Source: Eledone cirrhosa
Lineage: Eukaryota
Length of the DNA stretch: 64,000 nucleotides
Direction of reading: 5' to 3'
Assembly: GCA_964016885.1 (NCBI GenBank)
Contig: OZ024740.1
Span: forward strand, 126,418,001 to 126,482,000
Positions 11,351 to 25,216 of this stretch are shown piece by piece; position 1 is the first letter of the stretch; every line of letters starts with the position of its first letter. The position numbers and the translations under genes are program-made. The notes beneath the pieces are model-generated. The model was not told the origin of the DNA. It was given only the letters and a program-made list of their open reading frames with translations, and made no database searches.

Positions 11351-11762
11351 AGATCATTTTTGTTGAGGGGTAAGTCGATTAAATCAATCCCAGTGCGCTA
11401 TTGGTACTATATGTTATCGTCCTGCAGGGGTGGAAGGCAAAGCGAACCTCGTTGGGATTTGAAATTCGTACGTAAATGGCCGTAACTCTATGCTGAAAAT
11501 AATGTTGTCCGATGCCTTGCCTATACTGATCATCCACCCCCTTAATAATAATAGATACTGATTTAGGCACAAGGCCAGCAATTTTGGGGCAGAGAAAGTA
11601 GATTAATTCGACATGAATACATTACTGGTACATTATGTTATCGACCGCTTAAGGAGGAAATGCAAAACGTACCTTGGCAGGATTTGAACTCAGAACATAA
11701 AGATCCGTAATTCAATGCTGGAAAAATGCTGTCCGATGTTCTACTGGTACTGTCAATCCACC
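11341..11762 (-). mobile_element. Two older, diverged copies of the tRNA-SINE in tandem (~11341-11537, ~11560-11762)
   Basis: Reverse-complement B-box (GATTTGAAA/GATTTGAACTC), core remnants (GGAAGGCAAAG, ACTGGTAC) and 5' end ATCCACC. Confidence 0.75.
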
Positions 11763-11773
11763 GCCCTAATAAT

Positions 11774-11954
11774 TGTTTCTACTTTAGGCACAAGGCCAGC
11801 AATAACCCAGTGCATTACTGGTACTTTATTTTATCGGCCCCGAAAGGATGAAAGGCAAAGTCAACCTCGGCGGAATTTGAACTCAGATTGTAAAGGGACG
11901 TAACTATGCTGGAAAGCATGGCGTCCGATCCTCTACCAATACTGCCAATCCACC
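11774..11954 (-). mobile_element. tRNA-derived SINE (young copy)
   Basis: Reverse complement of 5455-5635. TSD GCCCTAATAAT at 11763-11773 and 11955-11965. Confidence 0.93.
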
Positions 11955-13614
11955 GCCCTAATAATAGAAAAGAGTTGCTCAATGTTACATCAGTGATTCT
12001 CACCGCCTTGATTGAAACAATGTTTACATATATGTGGTTCATGAAAAATTATAAAGTGTGTATAATGATTATTAATAGCTTCGTAAGAACTCATAGAGAC
12101 ATGGTCACTGAACTAGACAGAAACACAATTAAGATGCTATGTTATTACGTTTGAAAGGTAAGTTTAAGCCTAGAGTGGTCTAGATAAATGGAACAATATA
12201 AAATCAATATAAGCGCTTTAATTTATTGGCTTGTGCTCCCTATGTAAATCATTCACATTTGACCGAAGATATTTAAATTTCTATTACTTGAAGTTATATT
12301 TTGCAAGTAGATGTTGCTGTTGTTGTCTTTGTTCGGCGAGAGGTTAATCCGAAAGACCTCTGATCAAAGATATTTCAGCCGTGACCAACCCTTAATTTTG
12401 TAAATCATTGTTCAATGTACCGTGCGTTTATAAGAATGTAGTTATTGATTTGATCGAGATTTAGCTGCTATTTCGGTGCGGTTAATTATACCAACAAATC
12501 GGCCAAGGTTAATTTAAATAAAATGACCTAAGTGAAATAGCTGTACTATGTCAATGGCATGAATTGAGATGAATAATTTAAGAATGAAGTCCATAACAAT
12601 TCTCAATTATTTGAATGTCCCCTTTTAGTTAAAGAAAGGAAACGAGTAATTTTTGGTGACTCACGTAACAAAAAAAAAAAGAATAAAAGGGCCAGGAAGA
12701 TAATTGCAAAATACTACGAAATATGTTTTTCAAAATGTATTCACTTGTTTATGTGAGAATCTGATTTTTTTTAGCCGACTTGATAACATCTACGGACATG
12801 TTTTAATGAGATTAATTAGTGATAATAAAATAATAAAAAAATAAATAAAAAGAAAAAAATAAATAAATAAAACATTAATTAGTGATAATACGAAAATAGC
12901 ATGGTTTAAAATATGGGTGTACATGGATCCATATAGACTTTTATTTTGATATAATTGCACATCAACAGTGAACTATAGTCAAACATGAAACTAATTGGTC
13001 CGTCGACAGTTTTTGTTTACACCTGATCGATGTTTTAGTTTAGTCTCTTTACATAAGAGTTCGAATAAATATATATTGATAAACCTGCTGTCGTTAACAC
13101 AGACGTGTTTATAAATGATTATTAGGCATGTTTTGTACTTAATTCAATCGTCAATATCAACATTTTTATTCGCGTAGATGATTTAAATATCTTTATCCAT
13201 AGTATATTTCAATGCTATCATGTCCTGTAAAAATAGACAGGTTAGCGCAAAGGATTAAATTCAAATATATCGATACGACTACTTGACTGATAGATATATT
13301 ATTAAAAAAACCTAGAAGTAAGAAAGAGAATGTTGATTTTGGTTGCATTACAACTCAGAACATAAGAATGCTCGGACGATTGTTATATTTAGATGTTTAC
13401 ACGCTGTATGACTGGGTTCATGATTTCTTTTTCGATATAAATAAAGTAATCATTATGGGTTTGTAAAACACCAAGAGTGTTTGTATGGTCAAAAAGTTCG
13501 TAGTTCTGGGTTTGGTGCCATTGTGTTGCACATTTGATAAAAATTGCTTACGTTATTTACTTTAACCTTGGTAATGAGTAAGTGTACAGAATGTGGTGGT
13601 GTATATATATATAT

Positions 13615-13696
<82 letters not shown>

Positions 13697-13967
13697 GTGT
13701 GTGTTATGCGGTATACTGCTGTTTTAGATGACATCTTTTGGAGCAGAAAATATCATATTGACTATGGTTATTTCACAACATTTAAAATCCAATTCCAATG
13801 CTACCATTTAGTCGGCAATTTACTCTCCCAACCTAATAAGGAAGTTTTTTTAATTGTTTTTTACGTGTCTCTAACGCACACTCACTCACACTACTGTGTC
13901 TCACCTCATACCAGACAACACCTTCAATACAGACGTTTTCTCTTTTATTCATCTTCTCTTAGCTGTT

Positions 13968-13996
13968 CTACCGGGCGATGCCGGGTACCTCAGTTA
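13968..13996 (+). mobile_element. Possible Helitron 3' terminus
   Basis: ACCGGGCGATGCCGGGTACCTCAGTTA resembles the GC-rich subterminal hairpin plus CTAG-like end of animal Helitrons; the terminal CTAG is not intact. Confidence 0.4.
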
Positions 13997-14020
13997 TATA
14001 TATATATATATATATACACA

Positions 14021-14750
14021 TGGAAGTTCAACATAATCAAAGCTCTGGCTGCAGCTAAGGTAACGAATGCAACCGGAATGTGCAGCTAAGCACTCAATAA
14101 GATATTTTACCTTAGAGTAATAACATTACGTTTAGACAGCTTTGCAAATTGAAGATTGCGACCGGTAAGCCAGCCGCAGGGACCAAAGCAACGAGAAAAC
14201 TGACTCAGGATAATTTGACAAACCTGGTCCATCCCGTCGATATTAAGCAATATCTCCGCTAATCAACAAAATCCACTTGCGGGGTATGCAAGTTATTGAT
14301 TTTGGAAGATCGAACAGAAGTTTCACTTTCTCCACAGGCATCCGTTCTCTGCCGTGCCGGGTGTAAGTTTTAGTAGTAAACACTGCTGGCGGTCACATGG
14401 TCTTCCCAAAGGGAGGTAACCGCCGGTTTTTGGCGATTGAAATTCAAATTTTGAACAAAAGAATAAATTCCTTTCCACAAACTGAATAAAGCTCTCGGCC
14501 AGACGTTATTAAACAAACATAAATAATTAACAAATCGATAGAATTGTCTAATTAAATTAATCAATTAATCATTAAGACTAGGAGATAATAATACAAAGGA
14601 ACTTCAGCATAATCGAAGCTCTGGCTGTAGCTAAGCTTACGAATGCAATCGGATGTGCAGCTAAGCACTCAATAAGGTGTTTTACCTTCGAGTAATAACA
14701 TTATGTTTAGACAGCTTGACAAATTGAAGATTGCGACCGGTAAGCCAGCG
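14021..14750 (+). mobile_element. Element with ~150-bp direct repeats (14021-14173, 14598-14749) between (TA)n tracts; PLE pseudo-LTR-like
   Basis: Direct repeat visible (AAGCTCTGGCTG...GATTGCGACCGGTAAGCCAGC), with a degenerate hammerhead-like TTGAAGA-TTGC...GCAA...AAACTGACTCAG near 14145-14217. Confidence 0.6.
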
Positions 14751-14782
<32 letters not shown>

Positions 14783-15617
14783 CAAAATTATAAGTTTGAA
14801 GATACAGACAGATAAAATTTACGTAATTTTTCCTCTTAGTCCAGAGAAATTAACTATATGAATAATCAATTACATTGAGCGAAGTTTAAAATGTAAGTTT
14901 GAAGAAATAATAGATTACCATTTATCGATATTCCTTGAGGCCTGGCTGCCGGCAGTCTCGTTTGTGATATATGGCAAATCTGCAATATTGCTGCACATGT
15001 ATATTATCCATGAAGTATCAAGCTTATCAAGGGACTCCTTCAATTTCGACGATTTTTACCAAAGTGATTATGGCCAGTAACAAATTCAAAAGGAGTGAAC
15101 TTATCACGAGGTTAACGGTCAATATATAAATGTTGTAGACTGGTGGCAAGTAAGCGAAGGCGTGTCTAATATTGACAAGAATTTACAAGTGAGAAACCTC
15201 ACCGTCGATTGATCGGCTTTGCTTTTGAAAGACCAGGTATGTGACGTAGTCACTACTGTAAATTTCATAGCGAATGGTCATTAAACTGGTTTTAAATAAA
15301 CATACAGAATATTAGTAAATATACTATACGTATACGAATCGATATTTCAGAGGACCAATTTTAATTTCTAATTTTTGCTGGGCCGGCAACCGCTCTGTAT
15401 GTTAATGAGTGTAAACAGTTCATGAACATAACTGGAATTCAATCAGAATCCAGCTGCTATAACTCTCAGCAGAAGCGAAGTGGTATGTAGTCTTGACAAC
15501 CACTTACAAGTGAGAAACGACCACCGTCGATAAATCCGCTTTGCTTTTGTCGAGATTAGGTACGTGATGTTAGTCACCGCTTTAAAATTCTGAAATAGCG
15601 AAAGCAGGGGGTGCGTC

Positions 15618-15657
15618 GTTCTGATGATCGCCAACTAGCGTGAAACAGGCTGTTAGC
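15618..15657 (+). ncRNA. Type I hammerhead ribozyme motif
   Basis: GTT-CTGATGA-TCGCCAACTAGCGT-GAAA-CAGGCTG-TT-AGC. Confidence 0.7.
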
Positions 15658-15932
15658 TTCTCTCCCTTCGTTTGCCGAAAAGAAGTAAGTTGAATAGTCA
15701 CTACTTTAAAACCGATAGCGTATGTTCTTCTAAATGTTTTAAATTAAACATACGGTATATTGCCAACTATACTATACATACATTCATGTATACATCGCTA
15801 TTTCAGAGCACCAATCCTATTACCTAATTTTTGCTGGACCCGAAATCGCTCTGTATAATCAGCTCCTGATTATTACTGGAATTCTATAAGAATCCAGCTT
15901 CTATAATTTTCGGTGGAAGCAGGGGGTGCGTG

Positions 15933-15972
15933 GCTCTGATGATCGCCAACCAACGTGAAGCAGACTGTCAGC
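15933..15972 (+). ncRNA. Type I hammerhead ribozyme motif (GAAA>GAAG variant)
   Basis: GCT-CTGATGA-TCGCCAACCAACGT-GAAG-CAGACTG-TC-AGC; stem I GCT/AGC, GTC triplet. Confidence 0.6.
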
Positions 15973-16912
15973 TTCTCTCCCGTTTTTCGCCGAAAAGAAG
16001 CGACATAGTCACTACATTAAAACCAATAGTGTATGGTCCTCTTAATGTTTTAAATTAAACATACGGTATATATATATAGAGAGAGAGATACATAGAGAGG
16101 GGGGGGGTAACAACGCATTTGATAGAATGAGTAAAAACATACTGGTGTTGATATTATTCACTTAAACATGAAAATAGGTGCTCCTGTATTATGTGAAATT
16201 CTGTGTTTTTTCTGCTGTACTCTAGGTATGATGTTTTTTAACATGGAAACATCTGCTCTGTGGGAAAGTTACATTTTCAAAAATAAAGTGAATTTGTTTT
16301 ACTGTGTGCTGTTAAGTGTGTAATAATATACTTAATAGCATCAGTAAAACATTTCAATTAATTAAATTTACTCTTGCAAATCTTACTCTTAATGAAATCA
16401 AGGCAAAAGATGACAACTCCAAATATTTAACTATATCAAATTAAATTTATAAATGCATTGTCAATGGGGAAAACATGAGCTCTATGATTATTTTGATTTA
16501 AATATTCGTATAAATGTTTGCATTAAAGCATTATGAGTTACAAAATCATTTACAATGAAATGTCCCCATGGTGCAAAATGCCATCCTAAACTTGAAAAAG
16601 GTAAACTCGAAATGCTATCGTAAATGTACAACGAAATATGCCTCAATTTCCACGATGCCATCTAAAATAATATTTCTTTTGGGAGCAATAGTGCCAGGGT
16701 AAGAAACGGGTTATCTCCCTTTCATCATAGTTGATATTGCACGAAAACCAAATGAGAAGTCGTTAATTTTATTCAGTAATTCTAAAACAATGCTTTATTA
16801 TTATCATCCGTTGGCCTATTTCGCAATCTTTATTTAATATGATTATGTTCACTGAGATTAGATTTAGATATTTTACATCGGTGTAATGTTTATTTGAAAT
16901 CCTGCAACAATA

Positions 16913-17104
16913 TTTTATTCAGTTAGGAGATGAAATTATGAGACTTTATTTCTCTATTACCAAGTCCGATATCTCCGCATACATATATGTATATGTATGT
17001 GTGTGCGTGTATAACTATATATATATATATATATCAATGCGGAGATATCAGACTTGGTAATTGAGAAATGAAGTCTTATAATTTCATCTCCTAACTGAAT
17101 AAAA
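16913..17104. repeat. ~68-bp imperfect inverted repeat with a microsatellite-like spacer
   Basis: TTTTATTCAGTTAGGAGATGAAATTAT...GATATCTCCGCAT (16913-16980) versus its reverse complement (17037-17104). Confidence 0.85.
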
Positions 17105-19553
17105 CTTAAGAAAATTAACAGAGAGGACAAGACAACGAACGGAAACAAAACAAAGCGAAAAGGATTTTTAAGGGAGGGAAACCATAAAAAATTATTTTTG
17201 TTAAAGAAAAATACAAAAGAAGGACACAAAACTCCATGGTCATCGGCCGTTGAGATGGAGTTTGGCAGTTTCGATCCCTACCAAAGATACTGCTTGTCCG
17301 TTCAGGGTCAAAAGGTCTGACATAAGTCAATGCTGTCCAGTGGATTAAGACGAGAGACACAACATTAATCTATTGCAGTTAAACTCCAAAACATATAGAA
17401 TTTTGTTTGGCGTTAGGGAAAATGTGTGTTGCCACTCATAGCTCGAAATACATGAATGAGGAAAAGGAAGAAAGTAAGATAAGCCTATATATATATAGTA
17501 AATATATTTGGTAAATGTATTTTGAAAGGATATTTTTGACGAAGCTCATACAGAATGAGATAAAGTTCCAAGTTTGAAACTCAACTCCTACATTTTGGAG
17601 TGTCTCATTTGCTCTTCATACTAGGAAATGTTATTAAAGCGAATTATGTTTTCTTTCCATTAAATTTATTAACAATTATTAATGCTTCTCTACAATAAGC
17701 ATGCTGATCTCCATTTAACCCTGTATTCCTCCGGCATAAGTTTTACATGGGGACATTCCATAGCAATTGAATAATGTATGTACACCACCGTCAATTTCCA
17801 TGGTCTTCAAGGATTCACCCTGGAATTTCTAAGGTGAAATAGCACTAGATATAATTTTCGCCTTTAATTCTCCCGGTGTTACTAAAGGCAGTATTTGTAG
17901 TGCCTATTCTTGAATATTTATCTTCTGATAATTTGTTCTTTTGGCGAAGTAACGGAGCAATGGTTTATCCCTACGAACAGGAGGAAAATATACTTATTAA
18001 TTCGAAACAAATTCATAAATCTGGGCATCAGACGAAGCACTGTATTTTCACCTGAACTACGTTCATCCAGCACTAGATAACCTACTTTTATAATATTATC
18101 TCGTTTAGATTACTATAAATAAAACTAAGCTTCACCAAGCAAGATAATTTAATAGACAATTCTCAGTTACACAATAAATCTGATGTAAGTAAAATGTTGT
18201 TCTAAGTAGAATTACAGGAATTAGAATAACAAACAACGCAACATATTTGGAAACATCAACGCAAGCGATGTAGGGTTGTTGCTTTGAATTAGAAAATAAT
18301 ATAATATATATTTAAGAATATTATGAAAGTATAATACTTTGTTGTTGTTATTATGTGCCATTTCTCAGTTTTGTTACTCATATAGAGTCTGTCGAACGTA
18401 TGGGATGATCCAATATGCAAGGTTTTTCCATCCACACGACCTTCAGAACAGTATACGTCTGACCTGGTGTTGTCTTTTTCCAAATCTATCTTCATTACAC
18501 ATGACTCGTGATCCAATATACTCTAGGGTGAGTACAAATTTGAACGAGGTTTCTATGCTATCTAATTGATTCGTCCAAATATTGTTATTTCGTCCATCAT
18601 CGGTCATCATAAAACAGAACTTGTTTAAATGTACATAAGCAAACGTTTTCAATAATAAAAAAATTCGAAAATTCGAAAAAATTCGAAAAGTCTACCAAGT
18701 CGAGCGAGAGATATTATTTTTTGTAGTCGGGTGTCAACAGTACTATTGTTAGAGTGACACTAATTTCTATTTCAATTACAGAATACAATTACAGAATGGG
18801 TAGTTGCAATATATATATGTTTTATATTTGCTTTAGTAATTTTTCTTTCAAACAATACGCACTGGTCTGAATAGAGTTGACATCTATTTCTATCAAGGGT
18901 TTGCACGTTTACACGAGTATAGGCATTTTGAAAGTACATGTTATATGAATAGAAGGGGTCACTGTGGCTGTATATATATTTAGTCGCAGTTTCAGTGAAA
19001 ATAATTCTCACGATAAAAGTAATTCGAAGAAATAATAAAGTATTACTAAAGACCAAATAACTGCAACATAATTGGATTATCTTAAAGAACGTTACAATGT
19101 TGTACAAGCAAGAAAAGGTTACCAATTCTAATAAGTTTTATTTGTTACATTTATTCTGAGAGTTGACCTAACAATATAAGCGTGGCTACACATTCTTCTA
19201 TTGTATATAGATACATGTGATGGCAGATATTTTCAGTTAAACTTCCTAGAGCACAGTTAATACTATTATGGGCAAGTGGTTACATAAAGGACGTAAAGGA
19301 ACAAATAATGGAAATAAATGTGCACGCACAAATGTGCACACAAACCATATAGAAACTTAAGCACATGCATATATACACTCGCATACACATATATGTTTGA
19401 AGTAGCATATATACAATTTTATGATTTACAAAGGATCATAAACACAAACACACATATTATTCGTGCATAAATGCCTTTAGGAATTCTATAAATTTCAATT
19501 AAAGTCTGAGCGAGGAATACTTGGCAGAATATATGCATCGTGTACACACAGTG

Positions 19554-19588
19554 ATGTATGTATGTATGTATGCGTGTATGCGTGTATG

Positions 19589-19672
<84 letters not shown>

Positions 19673-19703
19673 CGTGTATGCGTGTATGCACACACACACA
19701 CAT

Positions 19704-19746
<43 letters not shown>

Positions 19747-19775
19747 AGTATATAGTAGTATAGTATACACACACA

Positions 19776-19834
<59 letters not shown>

Positions 19835-20040
19835 ATGTGAGTATGTACGTATATATGTATGTATATGCGTGGATGAATGTTTGGTTATAAGTTTATAAGT
19901 ATATTGATATGCGTATAAATGTGCATATATATATTTGAATATATATCGGAGTGTATTTAGATATACTTAAATATGTATGTCTATATACATATGTACAGTT
20001 ACAATAAAATATATATATACATATATACATATATATATAT

Positions 20041-20139
<99 letters not shown>

Positions 20140-20225
20140 CACATGGTAGAGAAAGAGAGAGAGAGAGAAATATATAGAAAGAGAGAGAAGGTGGGGAAAG
20201 AGGCAGTGAAAGAGAGAAAGAGAAA

Positions 20226-20296
<71 letters not shown>
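19554..20296. repeat. Compound (CA)n/(TA)n/(TG)n/(GA)n microsatellite cluster, representative of many in the window
   Basis: Direct reading. Similar clusters near 13600, 24970, 27780, 28730, 30570, 30810, 31490, 34075, 41625, 47460, 54415 and 55070. Confidence 0.95.
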
Positions 20297-20298
<2 letters not shown>

Positions 20299-23200
20299 AA
20301 AAATATTGATATAGTCTTACAGAAGCCATCACTGATTTTGCAATCTCTAAATATTAGTTGAGGACGCTCGGACGCTGTAGTTTGCTGTCTACTGCCATCA
20401 TAGATTTACTACAAGTAGACGTTTGGTAATATATTTCTATTCCCCACTGATACCCTTCTTTGTCGCCTCCCAAACCTAAGCAGTATCGTAAATGCATCCG
20501 GCCTCATTGAATGAATTACAGTATTTTATGGCCAATAAAACGACCGTGCAGTAAATTTACCAATTCATCCACTTCTCATTTTATCGCAGCGAGCGTCTCT
20601 GCTCACATTAAACCAATTCAATTTCTTCCCTTTCTTTTCTTTCGTGAAAATCTCTCCGGTCATCTTCCTTCCGCTGATTTATCGGTTTTTGTTAACGTTC
20701 AGTCTATAACTAAAGCGCCTGACTGTCCTATAATATGTTTGAACACTGCACACATCGTCAACGCGATACTAGTAACATATAGCAAAATTAAATCAAATTA
20801 ATGAATAAATGAAAAAGAAATGATAAAATATATCAAAAGAAGTAAATAGATACTTAAGTTACTGAGTTGAAAAATAAATGAAAATATTATTTACAAAACA
20901 AAGCCAAAATGTACATTTGACGAGTGAGTGGCTTTCAAACACATTTGCTGGCTTTAGCATCGGCTCAGTAGGGTTTGTGTTCAAATTCTGCGTATGTCAA
21001 CTTTACCTTTAATATTGCCCGAGGTCATATATTTATCAGATTAAACATTTTTCAGTTTCTCCAAAAGCAGCTGGATTGGGCATTGTGTCTGTTTAAAACC
21101 ATGATGGATCTTCTGTCAGTTTCAACGATTAACATTCATTCGTTCGATTAACTGAAATCTGACATGTGAATTGACATGCAATTTAATAGCGTATTCAACA
21201 GCCATGTTTCCTCAACTTCAATTTCAGGCAGGATCAGAGAGACATAATATGTGTCAAATTTAGTCCTTTGAATTAGGGTGACTGTCAATCCGACTGGCTA
21301 ATTTTATTCACAAGGCGTGGGTGAAATGAAGTCGATGAAGTACATTAGCTCAAATTGACAGGTAATGGTCCGTTCTTGGGTGGTCTCCGCAGCACATCAT
21401 TTTTAAACGGAGAAGAGTGTGCTAGCCCTGATTCGACCCTTCATCATTCCTAGAGAAAGTGGTGCAGGTGTGATGACCCACGGTATAATGTAGATTCAAA
21501 GAAAGAAAACATATAGCAAGAGTGACTGCTAAAGAGAAATATTGACTCTATTATTACTGGTAATGTATGTATCGAACCGACACATAAAAAGGAAAATAAA
21601 AATATTGTAGTGAGCCGGTCAAAAAACCCGTCAGTGTTTAGTTACGTCACCTTACGTTCTGATTTAAAATTTCGCTGGACTTAACTATGTCTGTCATAAT
21701 TCCTGGGACTATAAATACTAATCAAAGACAAGGTTTGATTTAATCTACCATCACCCCGTCACCTCAATAACAAACTCAAATGGGTTCCAATGCGCCTTTG
21801 TTATAAAGCAATGACGTTTACATTAATCAAACAAAGACATTAATTTATAATACAGTAATTCAAATTTCTAGTATTTCAAATAGTTCAACGTCAGTTTTGT
21901 TCTTTTATATCGTCTTTCGGTACCATGAGCCCCAGTAATTAACGAGAAGAAATAAAATATTGGAAGTGTACGTCATTTCTTCAAAGCGTATTCTTAGATC
22001 TTAAACGAAATCAATATTTCTTGAATCAATGAGACAGACATTTCACAGTCGCTCAAGCTACTAGATATAACAGCCAAATCAACATTAAATCACAACCTAC
22101 TCAAATTTTAATCCCAGAATATAGTTATATAACTTTCACCCTTCTACGTAAAATATCACTGGATGATTGGTGCTAGGGTGCTTTGATAATAGGTCTACTC
22201 ATTCAGAGCTGTCGTGGTACTGAATAAGAAAAACACAACAAACTCGATATATTATATATAGTAAAAAGTAATGTTTGGCAGTTGAGAACAAATGTCAATT
22301 TTTTTGTTTGTTTTTATCAGGAGATGGCGAGGAATCTCCATGTTTTAGCGCTTTAACCACCCGTAATCAATAAATGATTTACGAAAACTGAGAGTAGCAG
22401 TAATTTACGTATGTAGCGACAATTGATCTCAGTAACTGACAGGAAATTTAACCTGGTGAAAGAATACAAATGACAACATACTTCCATCAGCACTAATGTA
22501 AGGCCAAAACGTATATTAGTGATGCTAATATAAGCAGGCGCCATACCACTGAAAACGTCGTAAAGCATTGTCTCAGATTAGATCGGTGCTTGTGTATATA
22601 TATATATATTGCTAACTATATCCTACGCATTGACTATAACTGTTTTCTTTATTTAACTGTTGCTGTCGACACAATCAGTGTTTTCGGTCTCTGGCCTACT
22701 GTTTTTCTCCGCCATGTGGGGAAGAAGTTGAATGGCTGATGATATGGGTACACTACCTTTTCTTCTAGGCTATGCTTTCGGTATCGCGTTCGTGGTGCGC
22801 CGCTTAGATGTAGTACCCAGTTAAGGGTACAGAGATTGTCACCTCATTACCCATTCCTTTTTTTCTTTCTTTGTTTTTCTTTTTGTCTTTCTCCACTTCT
22901 CCTTCTTTATATTGCTTGTCTTGTGGAACTTGGAGAGATACAAATTATGTCAACCTCAGTGGTCAATTTTTACTATTGCGAGAGTTGAGGTTAGTAGACA
23001 TCATAATTCCCATTCAAGACAATAATCTTGTTATTTATCGATAATTATTTGGGGGAAGTTGTAAACACAAGAACATGCAAATGTTTCTCCATAAAAAAGC
23101 AGGTGAAACTTAGATGATATTTGTTTCTCTGTCTCTTGTAAGATATCTATGACTGTTTATTTATTCGTTATACATAGAATCTCATCGTGGAAAAAGAAGT

Positions 23201-24069
23201 GCTCGGTAAACATTTCCCCATTTTCTGTAATATTATTTGCATTTACTTAGTATTCATTTACAAGGGAATTATATAATCGATTCAATCGTTCTCAGTTAAT
23301 TACTGTTAAATATTTATTAAATCACCCGATTGATGAATGTTAAGATCATAATACTAAGTAGAAAGACGAAACTAAATGATTAAATTCACCTAGTAATATG
23401 TTGAGCTATACAAATACACCCCAACATTACGAGGTATTGTAACAATGACTATATAGTTCATGAAAACAGAAGATAGGACGAGACAAAATAACTTGTAAAT
23501 GTCAACAACTTAGAATACATAGTTTCCATTCTACGACTCGAACCTGTAAAGTCTATATCCACAAAACTTTAAAGACCTATACAGAAAGTCTGGTTCAAAA
23601 TTTAAATAACTATAACATCCTTAAGCAGATGAGAGGTAAAATTGTTCTTTGATTTTGCAGACAGCTCTCGCACTGATGGATTAATCTCAGTAATAGTGTC
23701 GCACAATCATTGCAGTCAGCGCTTACAAATCTAAATTTCGTTCCTACGTAAAGCATATCGAAATTGGGCCGTTGGTATTTAGGTTTCTAGTTGATTTGAA
23801 ATATAAGTTAACGTATGAATAAATATTTAGCCCATTAGCTTGTACATGTGTTACCTATCAGTGTGGTCCCCAATGTCTGTTACATTTCCATGAGTGAGAT
23901 ATCTCAAGTGTCGTGAAAGAGGCTAGCTGTTTCAATAGCAAAAGGAGCAGTTAAAACAGAAATAAGGTGAGCTATTGATTTTTCATAAAAGTACAAGGTC
24001 AAACATATTTCTTAACGGCGTAATTAATAAAATCTACCTCAGCGCATAGATAAGAGTTTAGAATGTACG

Positions 24070-24300
24070 GTGTATAATATAGTGCGCTTTCCTGGGGTAT
24101 ATTGTGACCTTGAGCAATACGCTTTATTCCATGTTGCTCCAGTCAAGTAAGATGGCAAAGTGGAATTGATAGCGGAATTCAAAATGCCATTCTGGCACAC
24201 ACTGTGTCATGCTGAATCTCTCTGGGAACAAAGTATGTGTGCTATGCTCAGTAATTTGCGCGTTATTTCTACGAGCAAGCTCTTCTGCTGTTCGAAAAAC
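24070..24300 (+). mobile_element. Old CORE-like SINE remnant
   Basis: GACCTTGAGCAA...TTGCTCCAGTCA resembles the CORE domain; downstream sequence is related to the minus-strand copy at 62920-63190. Confidence 0.5.
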
Positions 24301-24967
24301 TTAAATAATCACAGCTTAGTGCATAACTGGACTTTCGTCGAACACGGAAAGAGGAAAGCCAAAGTTTAAAATGGAATTTGAACCCAGAGAATAAATACCT
24401 GTGACTGAATACCGCCTGAGACGTCTTCCAGCCAAGGGATTCTGTTATTCTGTTCTGAAACAAGAACCTAAATATGACATGATATTTTTCCCAGCAGACT
24501 ACATTTTGTGTCAACACGCTACTGTTATTAATATTGACAGCAATATTTATCCTCAAATAACACCATAACATGTATATTGCTTTGTAATAGCAGGATATAA
24601 CGTATATTAAGGGAAGTCTTAACAATTCTTAAATACTTACGGTAGAAGAATAAAATACCATCAAGTTTTTTTGCTTTTTTTATTCACGTGACGGAAGTAT
24701 ATAAGCTTAGATGACAGGAGGAAAACTATAACAACAGCAATAAAACCATTGCAGTAACAACAACAATAACATTAATTGTGTGAAACATTTGTGCATAATG
24801 TGAATGCAATGATTCAAAATAGTTGTGGAATCAGTAACTAGGATGTTGAAACGAGAACGATAATTCGTTGAGATTGAGATTAATAAGAAATATAAAAGGT
24901 CTGCAACGAAGAGAAAAAAGATAATAATGATAACACAAAATGCTTATATAAATGGGTTTGTATGTAA

Positions 24968-25038
<71 letters not shown>

Positions 25039-25061
25039 CATATATATACACATATATATAT

Positions 25062-25148
<87 letters not shown>

Positions 25149-25216
25149 GAGAGAGAGAGAGAGATAGAGAGAGAGGGGAAGAGAGAGAAACTATGAGAGA
25201 GAGAGAGATAGAACAC

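Larger units (their letters stand above)
15151..16070 (+). repeat. Tandem array of ~315-325-bp monomers carrying hammerhead motifs (retrozyme-like)
   Basis: Recurring blocks TAGTCACTAC, TTTTAAATTAAACATAC, TAATTTTTGCTGG and ACTGGAATTC..AGAATCCAGC. CTGATGA at 15621 and 15936 (period 315). Confidence 0.8.
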
